Part shown: positions 1 to 12,413 of the stretch, in pieces
Numbering within the stretch: position 1 is the first letter of the stretch
How the letters are laid out: each line of letters starts with the position of its first letter
Assembly (NCBI GenBank): GCA_965235115.1
Contig: OZ249436.1
Coordinates: 58,280,001-58,344,000 of the forward strand
Source: Laetmonice hystrix
Lineage: Eukaryota
Length of the DNA stretch: 64,000 nucleotides
Reading direction: 5' to 3'
Notes under the pieces: generated by a model
The model's database searches: none
Told to the model about the DNA's origin: nothing
Seen by the model: only the letters and a program-made list of their open reading frames with translations
Made by a program: the position numbers and the translations under genes

Positions 1-1382
1 TGCTACCAGTGGGATACCAACCTTACCTATACACATCCTCTGCTACCAGTGGGATACCAACCTTACCTATACACATCCTCTGCTACCAGTGGGATACCAA
101 CCTTACCTATACACATCCTCTGCTACCAGTGGGATACGAACCTTACCTATACACATCCTCTGCTACCAGTGGGATACCAACCTTACCTATACACATCCTC
201 TGCTACCAGTGGGATACCAACCTTACCTATACACATCCTCTGCTACCAGTGGGATACCAACCTTACCTATACACATCCTCTGCTACCAGTGGGATACCAA
301 CCTTACCTATACACATCCTCTGCTACCAGTGGGATACCAACCTTACCTATACACATCATCTGCTACCAGTGGGATACCAACCTTACCTATACACATGCTC
401 TGCTACCAGTGGGATACCAACCTTACCTATACACATCCTCTGCTACCAGTGGGATACCAACCTTACCTATACACATCCTCTGCTACCAGTGGGATACCAA
501 CCTTACCTATACACATCCTCTGCTACCAGTGGGATACCAACCTTACCTATACACATCCTCGATCTGCTACCAGTGGGATACCAACCTTACCTATACACAT
601 CCTCTGCTACCAGTGGGATACCAACCTTACCTATACACATCATCTGCTACCAGTGGGATACCAACCTTACCTATACACATCATCTGCTACCAGTGGGATA
701 CCAACCTTACCTATACACATCCTCTGCTACCAGTGGGATACCAACCTTACCTATACACATGCTCTGCTACCAGTGGGATACCAACCTTACCTATACACAT
801 GCTCTGCTACCAGTGGGATACCAACCTTACCTATACACATCCTCTGCTACCAGTGGGATACCAACCTTACCTATACACATCCTCTGCTACCAGTGGGATA
901 CCAACCTTACCTATACACATCCTCTGCTACCAGTGGGATATCAACCTTACCTATACACATCCTCTGCTACCAGTGGGATACCAACCTTACCTATACACAT
1001 GCTCTGCTACCAGTGGGATACCAACCTTACCTATACACATCCTCTGCTACCAGTGGGATACCAACCTTACCTATACACATCCTCTGCTACCAGTGGGATA
1101 CCAACCTTACCTATACACATCCTCTGCTACCAGTGGGATACCAACCTTACCTATACACATCCTCTGCTACCAGTGGGATACGAACCTTACCTATACACAT
1201 CCTCTGCTACCAGTGGGATACCAACCTTACCTATACACATCCTCTGCTACCAGTGGGATACCAACCTTACCTATACACATCCTCTGCTACCAGTGGGATA
1301 CCAACCTTACCTATACACATCCTCTGCTACCAGTGGGATACCAACCTTACCTATACACATCCTCGATCTGCTACCAGTGGGA
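1..1382 (+). repeat. 40-bp minisatellite, ~34 copies, runs off the window start
   Basis: Unit TGCTACCAGTGGGATACCAACCTTACCTATACACATCCTC repeated head-to-tail with few substitutions; 4-bp GATC insertions at 561-564 and 1365-1368; ends in a partial unit. It explains the three ~460-aa ORFs. Confidence 0.99.
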
Positions 1383-2903
1383 CTGGGCTCTGTTTACTGA
1401 AATATTCAGAGTCGATTGACTGGTGGTCGCTTGTCAGAGGCCGGCGACCTCCTCGGGTCTAGAACTGTTGTGTTTGGTACAGTAGGGAAGAGCCCCAACT
1501 TTGTGTCAGAGGAATAGCTCCTGTGGCCCCGGGCCTCATAGATTTTTTGGTGCAGAGTGAGAAAGGCCACTGTCGGGCTGGCAGAGGGACGAAGGCATGG
1601 CACACAGCGCGGGCTTAATCCAAGTAGAGGGATCAAAACGGTACCGTTTGTAGCGTCAATATTTACTCTGATTGTGAGGCAGGCTCGCTAATTTCTCCCA
1701 GGGGCTTCTAATGGTTGATAGGGCTCCACTCCGACAGGGCGCAAACGATCCGGCCGAAGGGGGTCGATGCCACTGACTGTTCTATCACAACAGTCTGCCG
1801 TCTTCCTAGCACCCCTCTAATCTAAAGATAAATCTGAGCCTTGACCGGCTAGAAATTCATCATCTTTGGATCAACACGCCACCTTGACCTTCGATGGTCA
1901 CTTCTGATGGTCAGTCCATTATTAAAGAGGTTTATCAATCCGAGTTGCCGAGAGTTTGACAGAAATTAGACAGGTTCAGAAAGATTTCATTAATACTGCA
2001 TGAAGGTTAAAAAAACTTATACAAGTTGAATCTCTCCGCGAAAAGAGTTGCTTAGACCCTTGAACATAGCTGTGTAAGCAGCTGCTCTGAATAGTTCTAC
2101 CCTTTACGTCATTCTTCCGGGACCACTCCAGAAAATTAGTGCACTCTTACTTGATCAAGTCATCTAACATGACAATAATTTTCTTCTTAATCACACAATA
2201 CCCAAAAAGTGGCAATTCATTTAGCATTCAGTGCCTCCGTGATAATGAATTTTGCAATACGAAAGAATTCAATTGCAGTAAATGTGAAATCAGACTCTTG
2301 TAGCTGGTTTAACTGCCATGATAAAGTTACTGTCACGAAGACTCTCTTCTTCTTCTCTAACACAATTTGGTGGTATAAAATCATCAATCCATATAATACG
2401 CATTGGCAGGTTTATCTAGGCAGAATGTATTACATTTCAACCAATGATTAGCTCTCTACACCCAAACAATTTTTAATTTGAATATCATCAAAATGGGAAA
2501 GTCTATCCTTTGTCCGATTCCATTTACACCACGATTCTATGAACTGTTAAAACCAGCAGACCTCCTTATTAGGAACTGCTCTATTGTTAAAACTTTTGAC
2601 ATCATCGCATTTCGTCACCACCCTCTCCATCACCTGCCTGTGTTCCCCTGGGATGACGGACATAAACACGTTCTAATTGCTTATGTCTAACACAACCTCA
2701 AACCTCTAATACCAACTCCAAATACCTTCTGCGGTAAGCTCCAACTTCCCCATCACACACCCTACAACGAAACCCCCCTACTCAAGAGCCCCCATTTTTT
2801 TTAAATTGACACCATTAATATCTGAATAGCGTTAGCGTTCTTCATATCAAATTATCATACCATGGTGATCTTCATATCAAACTCTGTCTTCTCCCCTCGA
2901 TAG

Positions 2904-3707
2904 TGGCAGATGTCAAAGCACATGCAACCTCACTGAGAATTCATTACAGCCGTATCGTGAACAACCTGAATGGGAGTGGCTCGAAAAAGAAAACGTCCCA
3001 ACTGCACTGGCTGTAAAGAAATTTGCAGTTCCTGAGACCTCACATTTGTATAGAAAACCTAGTCATCGAAACTAGCAGTAATGTATGGTACATTGTTTCT
3101 GGGTTTTTTTCAAATGCATGGGATACAGGAACCACTGAACCACAAAAGTGTATTGTTATTGTTAAATATCATAATATCTTTGCAAAAGCCATTAATCATC
3201 ACATCATTCAATACTTCAGGTCCCAAAGATGCCTAACACAGAATGTGGAGAGGAGGAGGGCGAGCCCAGGGAGGACAATAGTGAAACCGACCAGAACACA
3301 TTTGTTGCGACGCAAAAGTCCTGGGAAGAATCGGGCGATAATAAAGAGCCTGTGGATGATACTCAGAGGTGTCAGTCCCCTTCTCTTGGATGTTCTCAAC
3401 CTCCACAATATCAGTCGCCCTGTGCGCCTGTGTCCACACCGTCAACGCCAGGTCCGGTGGACGATTCCTTGCAGGACAGCAATATCTGCCGAGTGACGAA
3501 GAGAGGTAAAAAGGAGGATGACGAGGACGTTGTCTTTACAAAACAGATACTGGAATAATTCCGAGCAATTTCGGATCCGGCTACTAATGCGTTTCTCAGG
3601 AATCGTTTCAAAATCAGATCGACCAGGCGCGATTCGGAAACAACAGTTACACACCAGTCGATTCAGATCGACAGAAGAGTGTCAGTGTATCACCGGCTTT
3701 CACATAA
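2904..3707 (+). pseudogene. Spliced MADF (Myb/SANT-like) + BESS-like gene remnant, probably a PIF/Harbinger DNA-binding ORF; 5' exon missing
   Basis: Exon 2904-3082 after a pyrimidine tract and AG reads ADVKAHATSLRIHYSRIVNNLNGSGSKKKTSQLHWL*RNLQFLRPHI...ETSSN, matching the C-terminal half of MADF. A GT-AG intron (3083-3219) joins in phase 0 to an acidic/Pro-Ser linker and EDDEDVVFTKQILE*FRAISDPATNAFLRNR, then after a frameshift QNQIDQARFG (BESS-like). Stops at 3014-3016 and 3556-3558. Confidence 0.75.
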
Positions 3708-3957
3708 CCTTTCCTACCTTCGGTAATTGAAAGGTAGTCTCCAGCACGTCTCGGTGTACGATGTTACTATTACAGAATTGGTGTTGTAAGACACGATATG
3801 TGCTGCATTCTATCGGTACTATCCCGCGTGCTACAGCCACATGAATGTTTTCAATAACCTTCTCTTTATTTTTGAATCACACTAGGATAATACGGCCTCT
3901 TCCTTCATTCAAACACTACTTAGTACAGAAAGGTCTCAATTGAAAGATTATTACCAA

Positions 3958-4064
3958 GGCGTTCGGAGTGCTTCTAGTCGCGGCAGTTGAAAAAGAAACT
4001 GTTACTAAATGGGGCGCTCGAAGTGCTTCTAGTCGTGGCAGTTGAAAAAGAAACTTACTAAATG
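3958..4064 (+). repeat. Two-copy ~54-bp tandem duplication
   Basis: ggcgttcggagtgcttctagtcgcggcagttgaaaaagaaactgttactaaatg followed by ggcgctcgaagtgcttctagtcgtggcagttgaaaaagaaacttactaaatg. Confidence 0.95.
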
Positions 4065-6953
4065 CAGTATAGTACTTGTATAGAAGAGTGGGGCAATGTC
4101 TTCAATATAAAACGTCTCATTATTTTTCAACCAACTGCATGAGATCAGGTGTCTTTATGTTTTTTAGTAACCAAAGTCTGAACAATCTTATGAATATGCC
4201 CCTTTATCTAAGTAAAAATGGTCACATCGAGCAGTTTCTACCCTCCAGTCATGCAGATGTCTCCTGAAAATAAACTTGAAATGTTCATATGGGAATGAAT
4301 CTATCTCTCACCTATTTAACGGCTTCTTTCGGTTTTTAAGTTAAATAAGGCTTTTAATGCCTGAATGGAGCAAAACCTTTCACTAAATATTACAAGGTGC
4401 ATTTACTTAATAGACAAAGAGGTCGACAAAAACATCACAAAGAAACGCAATTGTCGAGCTTGAATCTTTCTCTCTTATACTCCCAGCAAACATAGAGGCT
4501 CTAATTGGCAGAAAATGCTGGATTTTCTCATGAACGTTTCTCATGAAGGCAATTCACAAATCATTTACGTTATAAACCATTCAGTACTTCAGGCCTCGCC
4601 AACTAACATAACCTGAAAATAACTTACACTGCATATAGGCAGGTTTTTTTAGCTCGGGAGATTTAGTGCCTTACGATTAACGCTGAAGTGCTGTTATTAC
4701 CTAGACTTTTCTTCCAATTACCTTTTTCTATTACCAAGTAAAAGCTTTCCGTATGTATATATACACGCATCAAAGTAATAGACACAACCTATAGCGACAC
4801 ATTTTCTCAGTACTATTAGAGGTATTTACACTGGTATTCTGACTGCGGTCATGATTCCCGTTTATGGATTGAATACCGCTCCAACTATTGCGACCCACAA
4901 GTCAATTCGCCCACATCATTTTACAACTGTGACGCTGCGACATGACGCTCACCTACCTCGTTACAACTACCAAATTAAAGGATTTAATTCAACTATTTCA
5001 TATTGGACAAACTGTGAAAAACATTGCTTCAATAGTGTATGATAATTAAGTTCCATAGCTGTTCTGTCTACTTGCCTAATTGGATTTCCCAAGTATTTTT
5101 TTAAATGTGTGAAAACCAGAAAATCTGGAAAGACGCGCGTACTTTCCTGTTTAGCATTATGCCCTTTCATCCGTCTGTTTGCTTGGCCGACTAACGATAT
5201 TTCTGAGGACTAGAACTAGGCAAAAATATGGCCGCCACTGGTTAATATCTTGCTGGTAGAAGCAAACATTCAGGAGTAAATAAATACTTTGTTAGATGCT
5301 AGCACATGCAGCATTTTTCATTTTCATGTCTCTCGTAACATTATTTTAGCCGTGCTCTCATGGTACGAATATCTGCGGTGACAAGGGCAAGGGACATATT
5401 GGAACTGATAATCGTATCGTGTGAGCGCTAAGTGTCGGTGACATTTCGCATTTGTTATCGACAAAAAGAAGTCTACTCTGCACGACGTTTTCGCGTGTGA
5501 GCGTGTGAGCGACGTCCAATAGTTCGTGTGCGAATGTCAAGAAGTACGGCAGCCAATCAGGGGTGCCAGTGTGAGTCACGTGATGATGAAGACATGACTT
5601 TGCAAAATGACTGAATTGTGGAACTGGACTACAGAGCTTGAAGAGCTATCCTCTTCCTCTCTCTGTTCCCTCGTCAGGGTGTCATAATTAGGCCCCCAAC
5701 CTTGACCTCTTTCTCAACCAGTTCTGGACCCACACCCTTTTCGTCTTCTCATTCCACTTCAGCATTTTCCTTCTCCTTTCCTCCCTCTACATCTTATCCA
5801 TCATCTTTGGAAATGCTGCCATTTTCGCTCCAGATCTCTGATACAAAATGGTCTATGTCACATCGGGTGAGCAAGATCTCGCCCATGTTTCAAATTTGCC
5901 GACATGAAACAACGTCGCTGATAATATAAAAATTAGAGAATATAAATATTGTGAGAGCACAGCTTTAAGAGGTTAAATTCATTATTTCTAATGCAGTGTA
6001 CTGCCTGGAGCACCTAAGTGTGAAGATACTACACAATTATTGGATTGTTTATGTGCATAGAATGCAATATATTATTTCAAACATCAGCCTGGACGTTCAT
6101 CCGGATGTCAAGGTACGAACGCTGAAATAACAAATCGGGATTATTGTGATAACATGACATTCATCAAAAATAACTTGAGTCAACCCCTGCCAGAAAACTA
6201 CACATAATTCATATGAATAAGCACACTTCTGTAAGTTCGTGATTTCTTTCCCTTTCTGTATGTTTAGACAGTTGCCAATACCAGGTTCCAATAGATAGTT
6301 CCGCGACAAGTCCATGATTGATACATTTCCAAAATATACATTTTAAAAAAACCTAGCCAAACCGTACATCACTGATATTACATTGAGCTTCTGCCTAGAC
6401 CGCAAACTGCTCCATCATGCTGTTTTATACAACCTCCTTAAAAACTCCCCTGGAGCCTCATCAAATCATGCCTGGCGGTGAAGTAGCACTTGACGGGTGC
6501 TTACACCAGGCCAGCTAATTGAAACAACAAAAAGTACAATTCTTGTATAATAGCTACAGCACCAAAGGCACGTAGAACAAAGGCCGCGACGCTGCCATCT
6601 GCGATGACTGCGACAGCCGCTAGTGAACGCCTGAGGCGCGTTAATATTTACTGACGGGATGACTGTTGGCAATACAGAGGCAATACTGTTGTAAGCTGTT
6701 GGAACAATGATGCAATGACAAATTTCACAACTGGTACGCATTCTCCCACTAACGGCATCATTTATATTCACAACATTGCAACACCCACAATAACTGGAAG
6801 ATAATTGACATTAGCAGCAAAAGTAACAATGAATCACAGAAATTCCGGAAAATATAAACAAAGGTTCAGGTACTATAAAACTCCACCGTAAATTAATGCA
6901 CTACAACAATAATGAAAGCAACAACTGGCATCTTAGAATTAGCAAGTTCCGCT

Positions 6954-8358
6954 GCCATTAGAACGTAAAAAAATGCAAACTAACATAAGACACCCATGTG
7001 GCTTTATGGATAGAACTATTCATTCAACATTCATAGCCCCAGCAATTTTAGCAGCTGCAGCCCTTGGTAATTGTAAAGACATGCAGTCTTGGGACTCCGT
7101 TCACGAAGACAACACAATGGCAGTCATGAAGAATGCTCGACAGTACCTCGTCCAAACCCGATATTGCTGCGCGAGCATTTTCTTGCTAAAACAGTCCTAT
7201 CCCGAGAGAACCTGCACTAAGAAACGTGCAATGAGCCTTGACCAACAATAAAAACTACACGCTACACCATTTTAGCTCTTAGAAAATTGCTTGTTAAGGC
7301 ATACGTTTCACCCCGAATCATCCCATAACAACCCGACTACATGGACATTATCAATTTTCTACAGAATGTTGTTCAGTGGTTGCTCGAGCACCATTTTGCT
7401 GCCGGGTTGAGCAGCATGCAAATGGTGCAGCAACAGTGAACAACTCCAATGACGAGCTAAACCGATCTGGCCATGGAGAATAATATGCACCCTAATAGAG
7501 CCTCCAAAGGCAAAACTAATGACTCGCCTCAACTCCAACACACAATAGGTTACAAGGCAGATACTCTCTGAGGAGTACAGAACAGAATTCTAGCAGAAAT
7601 GTAAGCAACATTCGCAGCAAAATTATTGTTCAAGAGACAAGGGACCCTGTGTACCAGAAAGCTCCCGGTCTGATTCCGAGTCTGTGAATTGTGTCCTATT
7701 CCCAACAGGCAAAGTTCTGCGAAATAATGATGTGCACTTGAATGCTTGCTGATAGACTGCATCATGCTGTTCATGCATAGAGATTGGCACTGCCATTGCC
7801 AGTAGCTTTGTATCACCAAATGACCATTCCGATTCCCAGCTGGGACAAACAAAGAGGATTTCCATCAAACTTTGCGACCGGGTGGGCCACCACACTATAG
7901 ACACCTATACCCTCTTGTCGGTGATTCATACATATATGATAAACAATAAAATTTTCTGCTTCAAGCGTTTAATCTTCCTCCAGTGCAGACAGAGCACCGA
8001 TCCCCTTGGTCTGGTTTTATTGTTTGTCTACATTTCCACCGTAAGTACAGCTTGAGATGAGCCAAGGCCATGCAGACCTTTCTCTTCAATGGCGCTGTCG
8101 ACACGAACTGCAGTTTTAGATAACTTGACACCCTACTCATGGCGGAAGGCGCTGCATGTCCCATTCCACCAACCCAGTGCAGGGCGTCAACATGTTCTGG
8201 AATTCGCGGAGAGCCGTGAAATAAATAGAGGCGGGGCTAAACAAGGAGTGTGTGAATACACAAGGAGCTATTACAACTTAAAACATATGCAAACTAACCT
8301 CAGACACCCATGTGGCTTTATGAACAGAATCATTCACTCAACATAGCCCCAGCAATTT
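6954..8358 (+). repeat. Pair of ~95-bp diverged direct repeats (6954-7048, 8267-8358) flanking 1.2 kb of decayed coding-like DNA
   Basis: Both copies contain atgcaaactaac..agacacccatgtggctttatg...catagccccagcaattt, roughly 80% identical. The interior has only weak retroelement-like peptide fragments. Confidence 0.85.
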
Positions 8359-9409
8359 GATGGCAGGTCAATCGGTATAATATTTGGAATATGCTTTCTT
8401 TCTTCTTAGCTTTTTCGGAAGCAGAAATAAGGGAGGTTGAATTGTTCTGAAAGCCTCGGATGTGGAATCTTTACTGACAAGTATACGTCGAATAAGTGGA
8501 GGGATGCCCTCAGCCTCCTTTTTTCCGACATCATTGTGATCTGTTTTAATAAGAAGAAGTCTGAGCCAGATTACCATTTACGGAACCTCCCTGGGAAGTC
8601 CAGAGAATGATCCATCACGTGGTGCGCAGCCATATCGGACCATATCCCGGGCGGGTTCTGTGCGGCACAACCCTCTCTAAGGACATCCCTGCCGCCCAAC
8701 CACCGCTACCTTCAAACACTGCTCCCTTGTCCGACCTGACTGCTTCACGGACATTGTCGTCTTGCTTAATCCCTCATGCTTTTGTTTACTTGCCAGTTAT
8801 TGCATGCAAACTGTTGCCTTCAACATCGGCCTTACAGGAAACGTCAGTGAAAAGTGATTGGTCGTGAATTCCGTATGGATTGGCTACGCTGGGACAAAGG
8901 TCTCTGGTGTGTAGATGGATGACATCACTATCCTAACCATGCTATAGTCATACAATATGGAAAATAGGATAAACTAGAATTAGTGGCACACGGCAAAGCG
9001 GCAATTCACCAACTCTCCTGTTTAAAAAAGGGTGTATGAAAAATACAGGTTCTGTACTAAATATGGCAGACTCACCTCTGCCCGTTTTCTTTTTCTATCT
9101 ACATAATCTTTATTCCATTCAAGTGGGTGATCGAGGTGTTCAATATAATTTTAGAGATTTATTTCTCATGAATCCGTCACGCAATCTTTAACCAGGATTT
9201 AACGATTTTCCTTGAATAACTAGAATTCGAGTTATTTATAGTTTTCAGTTTCAAGGATCGAATACCTCGTGTGATCATGGGTGGACCTACCCGTCATATC
9301 GGCATTATTTCCATACACGACCTCCGTATTGTCAGGTAAGAGATCTAAAGGTAACTCTTCAATGCTGACGACTGGTTACTTTAAAGCACTTTATAGGTGC
9401 ATGCACTTT

Positions 9410-9495
9410 AAGAATCACAAACTGGTTCTGGCCAACCCGAACGATATCATTTGAACTTATATAACAAGGAACTGACCTGATACTGGGCGGAGACT
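9410..9495 (+). mobile_element. Possible LINE (L1/Tx1-like) APE endonuclease remnant
   Basis: Fragments KLVLANPND and DLILGGDF* in different frames, in the order of the 'LxNIYxPN ... IILGGDFN' APE motifs. Very short and decayed. Confidence 0.35.
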
Positions 9496-9720
9496 TTTGA
9501 GTGGCAACTTGGGACTCTTTTGCCTCGCGAATTACAGAGGCTCGCCGAAAGTCGACCTGTTTACAACCCGACCGTGACGTCATCACTTCCTATCCTGTGC
9601 ATTCTCACGCTCTCGCCCTATGCTGAAAGAGGGGAGGGGGAGATTCCCCAACAGGTGCTTGTAATGTAAACAGACATTCGTCCGCATTAGGCTATTTGCT
9701 GCACCGGTTGAACAGGCAAC

Positions 9721-10142
9721 ATGTCGTGCACAGGGCACAACTTCAGCTAAAAACACAGGAAACGTGAACGATATATTATTAGGCCTAGATCTCAGCGTAG
9801 AATTTTTATCTGTGATGCATTGGAGCGCTGGGCGCATTTACGGGAGTTGTTCGAGTTGCGACCCAATGATAATGGCAATGTCAATGCCGGGCTTGCTGAG
9901 ATCCTTCTACTAGGCAGGTGAGACTTTGGACGTTTGGTCTGTACATAGGTAATTTCCGATTTGAACATGGCAACAATTTAGTCAGTACTCATACGCCTAG
10001 TATTAAGAAGGGTCGTCATATTGTCGATTACAGCTATGAAAAGTATCAGCTGAGGACCTCAACTGACAGGTGCGCGTCCGTTCCTAGTCCCAGTTCAAAT
10101 GGCGTCTCAATGAGCAAGAACGGATTTACGGTGCACGACTGA
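9721..10142 (+). pseudogene. Two-exon remnant of a transposon-associated protein carrying an R-I-x-I-x-x-A-x-x-R-W-x-x-L...LA-x-x-LL-x-SYE motif
   Basis: ATG at 9721, in-frame TAA at 9748-9750, then KHRKRERYIIRPRSQRRIFICDALERWAHLRELFELRPNDNGNVNAGLAEILLLG. Donor AG|GTGAGA at 9918, acceptor ttacag| at 10033. Splicing restores frame to give ...LLLGSYEKYQLRTSTDR...; stop at 10142. Confidence 0.55.
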
Positions 10143-10439
10143 TGAATTCATGTTAATATGTCCAGATTATCGTTCCTGTCTCAGCTAAAAGGCAGGTATG
10201 ACCTACGATAGCGGGTCTGCTTGATGTTGAAAGCGTTTTGGGGAAATATAGGAAAATTGTCAACATTGGATGTACGTATAGTCGCTGAATACTTAAAGGA
10301 CTACCGGTACATGTTTAGTCTACTCCATTAAACAAAGATAAGTGTCAGAAACATAATTACTCATTATCAGTAATCAAGTCTCCAAATTTGGCAACATTTG
10401 TTATAACAGGTATACAACATGTAGATAATCTACGCTATG

Positions 10440-10479
10440 TAGCAGACGCTTTAGCTACGTAGCAGACGCTTTAGCTACG
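10440..10479 (+). repeat. Two-copy 20-bp tandem duplication
   Basis: tagcagacgctttagctacg x2. Confidence 0.9.
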
Positions 10480-12397
10480 CCTTAGCACACGGAGTATATT
10501 CGGAGGATTCGTCTCAATTTATTGAGACATCGCATTGACTTTACTCGATTAAGGTCATGTGCAGCATCAAATCTCCCACCATACCTCGCCACTCGCCATG
10601 GTAATCAATGTATCCAACCCAAACCCGTTACATATCAATATGATGCATTTTAATACAAAGAAGAAGTATTTTTGATTTTAATAATATTAAGATATCTATG
10701 TGTCACCCATGGTTTCTTTTTTGTTATAAGCCTAGGTTTATGGGAAATCATGCCTTTGCAAAGCATTGGGTTTACCCTGGTGGCCCCCAGTTAGGTGCAC
10801 TCAAATTAACAGTAACGTGCATTTTCTAAAGACGTTCTAGAGCCCACACCTCCCGATAAAAAACAATCTCTCAATATCGCCTGAAATCTTCAAAATGAAT
10901 AAGTCAAGACCAGACGGCAGTCAGAAGTGGCCAGTGGCAGACATTTTGGCTATGGGTTTCCATCTAGCACAAGGCGTGCTAGTGCTCATACTATCTCGTA
11001 GGAGGCGTGAAAAAGATAACCTTTTTCAAACGATGTTTTACTCAGTCAGTACTTTAGAACATCAGCTTCTCTCCCGACAGAGATCCTTTTTAGGCGCCAC
11101 CTCGCCACGGTGTGTGTCATGCCACGGCCCTGTCCCACGAGCAGACATAGACACGAAATGAGAAGAAATGCTTTGACAATAGAAACTGTACACAAGGCTC
11201 GGGACGTGAAGCCAATGCTAGAGCTGGTGAAGACTAAATATCAGGCGCTTGCCCCGCCACGTCTTCAGTATAGTGATGCTAACAGCTAGGACCTGTAGCA
11301 CTCCGTCCAACTGCACCATCGATCATGAGAACAGTGGAAAGAAATACAGACATTTTTTGAGGGATTTTTCAAGAATTAATATTGTAAGAAAAGTACATTG
11401 TTTCGGACGAACACCATATATTTAAGATGTACAGTTATCATCCAATATTTCAGAACCAACTTACTAATTTTTGTTTGCTCTGACAAAACTTTATGGATAT
11501 TTTATACAGTCATAAAATGACTGAATGCAGGTCTATATCCTGGCCAGTTCTTGCTATCGACGTACATGGCCATAATGTTAGCAATATGCATATACATGTA
11601 TATAGTATAATCACATATTATATGGAATTTTGAAAGAGAGTAAACAGTTAATTGCTGCAGTTACCACTGCTTAATTTATCCAACGTCACATTAAATTTCA
11701 TGAGACAGCACTTGTTTGTTTTAAAAAATACTACGCCGCCAAGGTTCTGGTGCTGTATATATAAATATATTTGCACATCGTTATAGACCATCCTTGGCAG
11801 TCTGACTCGTAAGATAGAGTGATACATGTAGTGAAAAGTCATTGAACCACTCAACACATCTGATAGAATGATGATAACACAGTTTCTCACACGATGACAG
11901 CACACGGCCGACAACTTACCAGGGAGATAGCTATGTGTGAGGATTATTAGAGGATTTAAAGGTAGAATATCACCACCCTCATTATCCCTCATTATTAGAT
12001 CAATACCTCACGGTATCTTTTCCCCTCAGCTGTCAGATAGGTGTTTGCAGACATGTATCAATGTTCTGGACTTGACACTGCGTGAGGTTTACTGCATTTA
12101 ATTGAAGCGGCATGGTATTCAATTTTTCGTAGCCTCTGTCTACATGTTTGTGTTATGTGGAAACTATGCACAGAGGTGGCTCTGCCTATTTGAAAAGTGT
12201 GTGTGTGTGGGGGGGGGGGGGGGCACGGTGTATTCGACCCCCCTCCCCTGATTTTGGCAGGACTAATTTCCAGGGGCCTTGACTTTTTTAGGCAGTCATA
12301 TTCCGATTTCTGGATTAAAGCCATCAATGGCGGCGACTGGCTAAACTACGTCAGCAGATGACTATGCCCCCTATCGGTACACCTGAGAAATAACCTA

Positions 12398-12413
12398 CAG
12401 CGCCCTCTGTTGG
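12398..12413 (-). promoter_or_regulatory. CTCF-like motif
   Basis: Minus strand CCAACAGAGGGCGCTG resembles the CCASYAGRKGGCRS consensus with one mismatch. It may simply be part of a dispersed repeat. Confidence 0.3.

Noticed and set aside
9-1462. Three ~460-aa ORFs in all + frames
   Set aside because: The 40-bp unit lacks + strand stops, so each frame cycles through the same 40-aa peptide. There is no sign of real coding, and a non-triplet period argues against a repeat protein.
1406-1636. 76-aa minus-strand ORF ending beside the 40-bp array, a possible last exon
   Set aside because: GC-rich, but there is no recognisable domain or convincing acceptor.
2040-2780. Coding-like decayed stretch upstream of the MADF remnant
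   Set aside because: Stops in all frames and no motif I could assign. It does not supply the missing MADF first exon.
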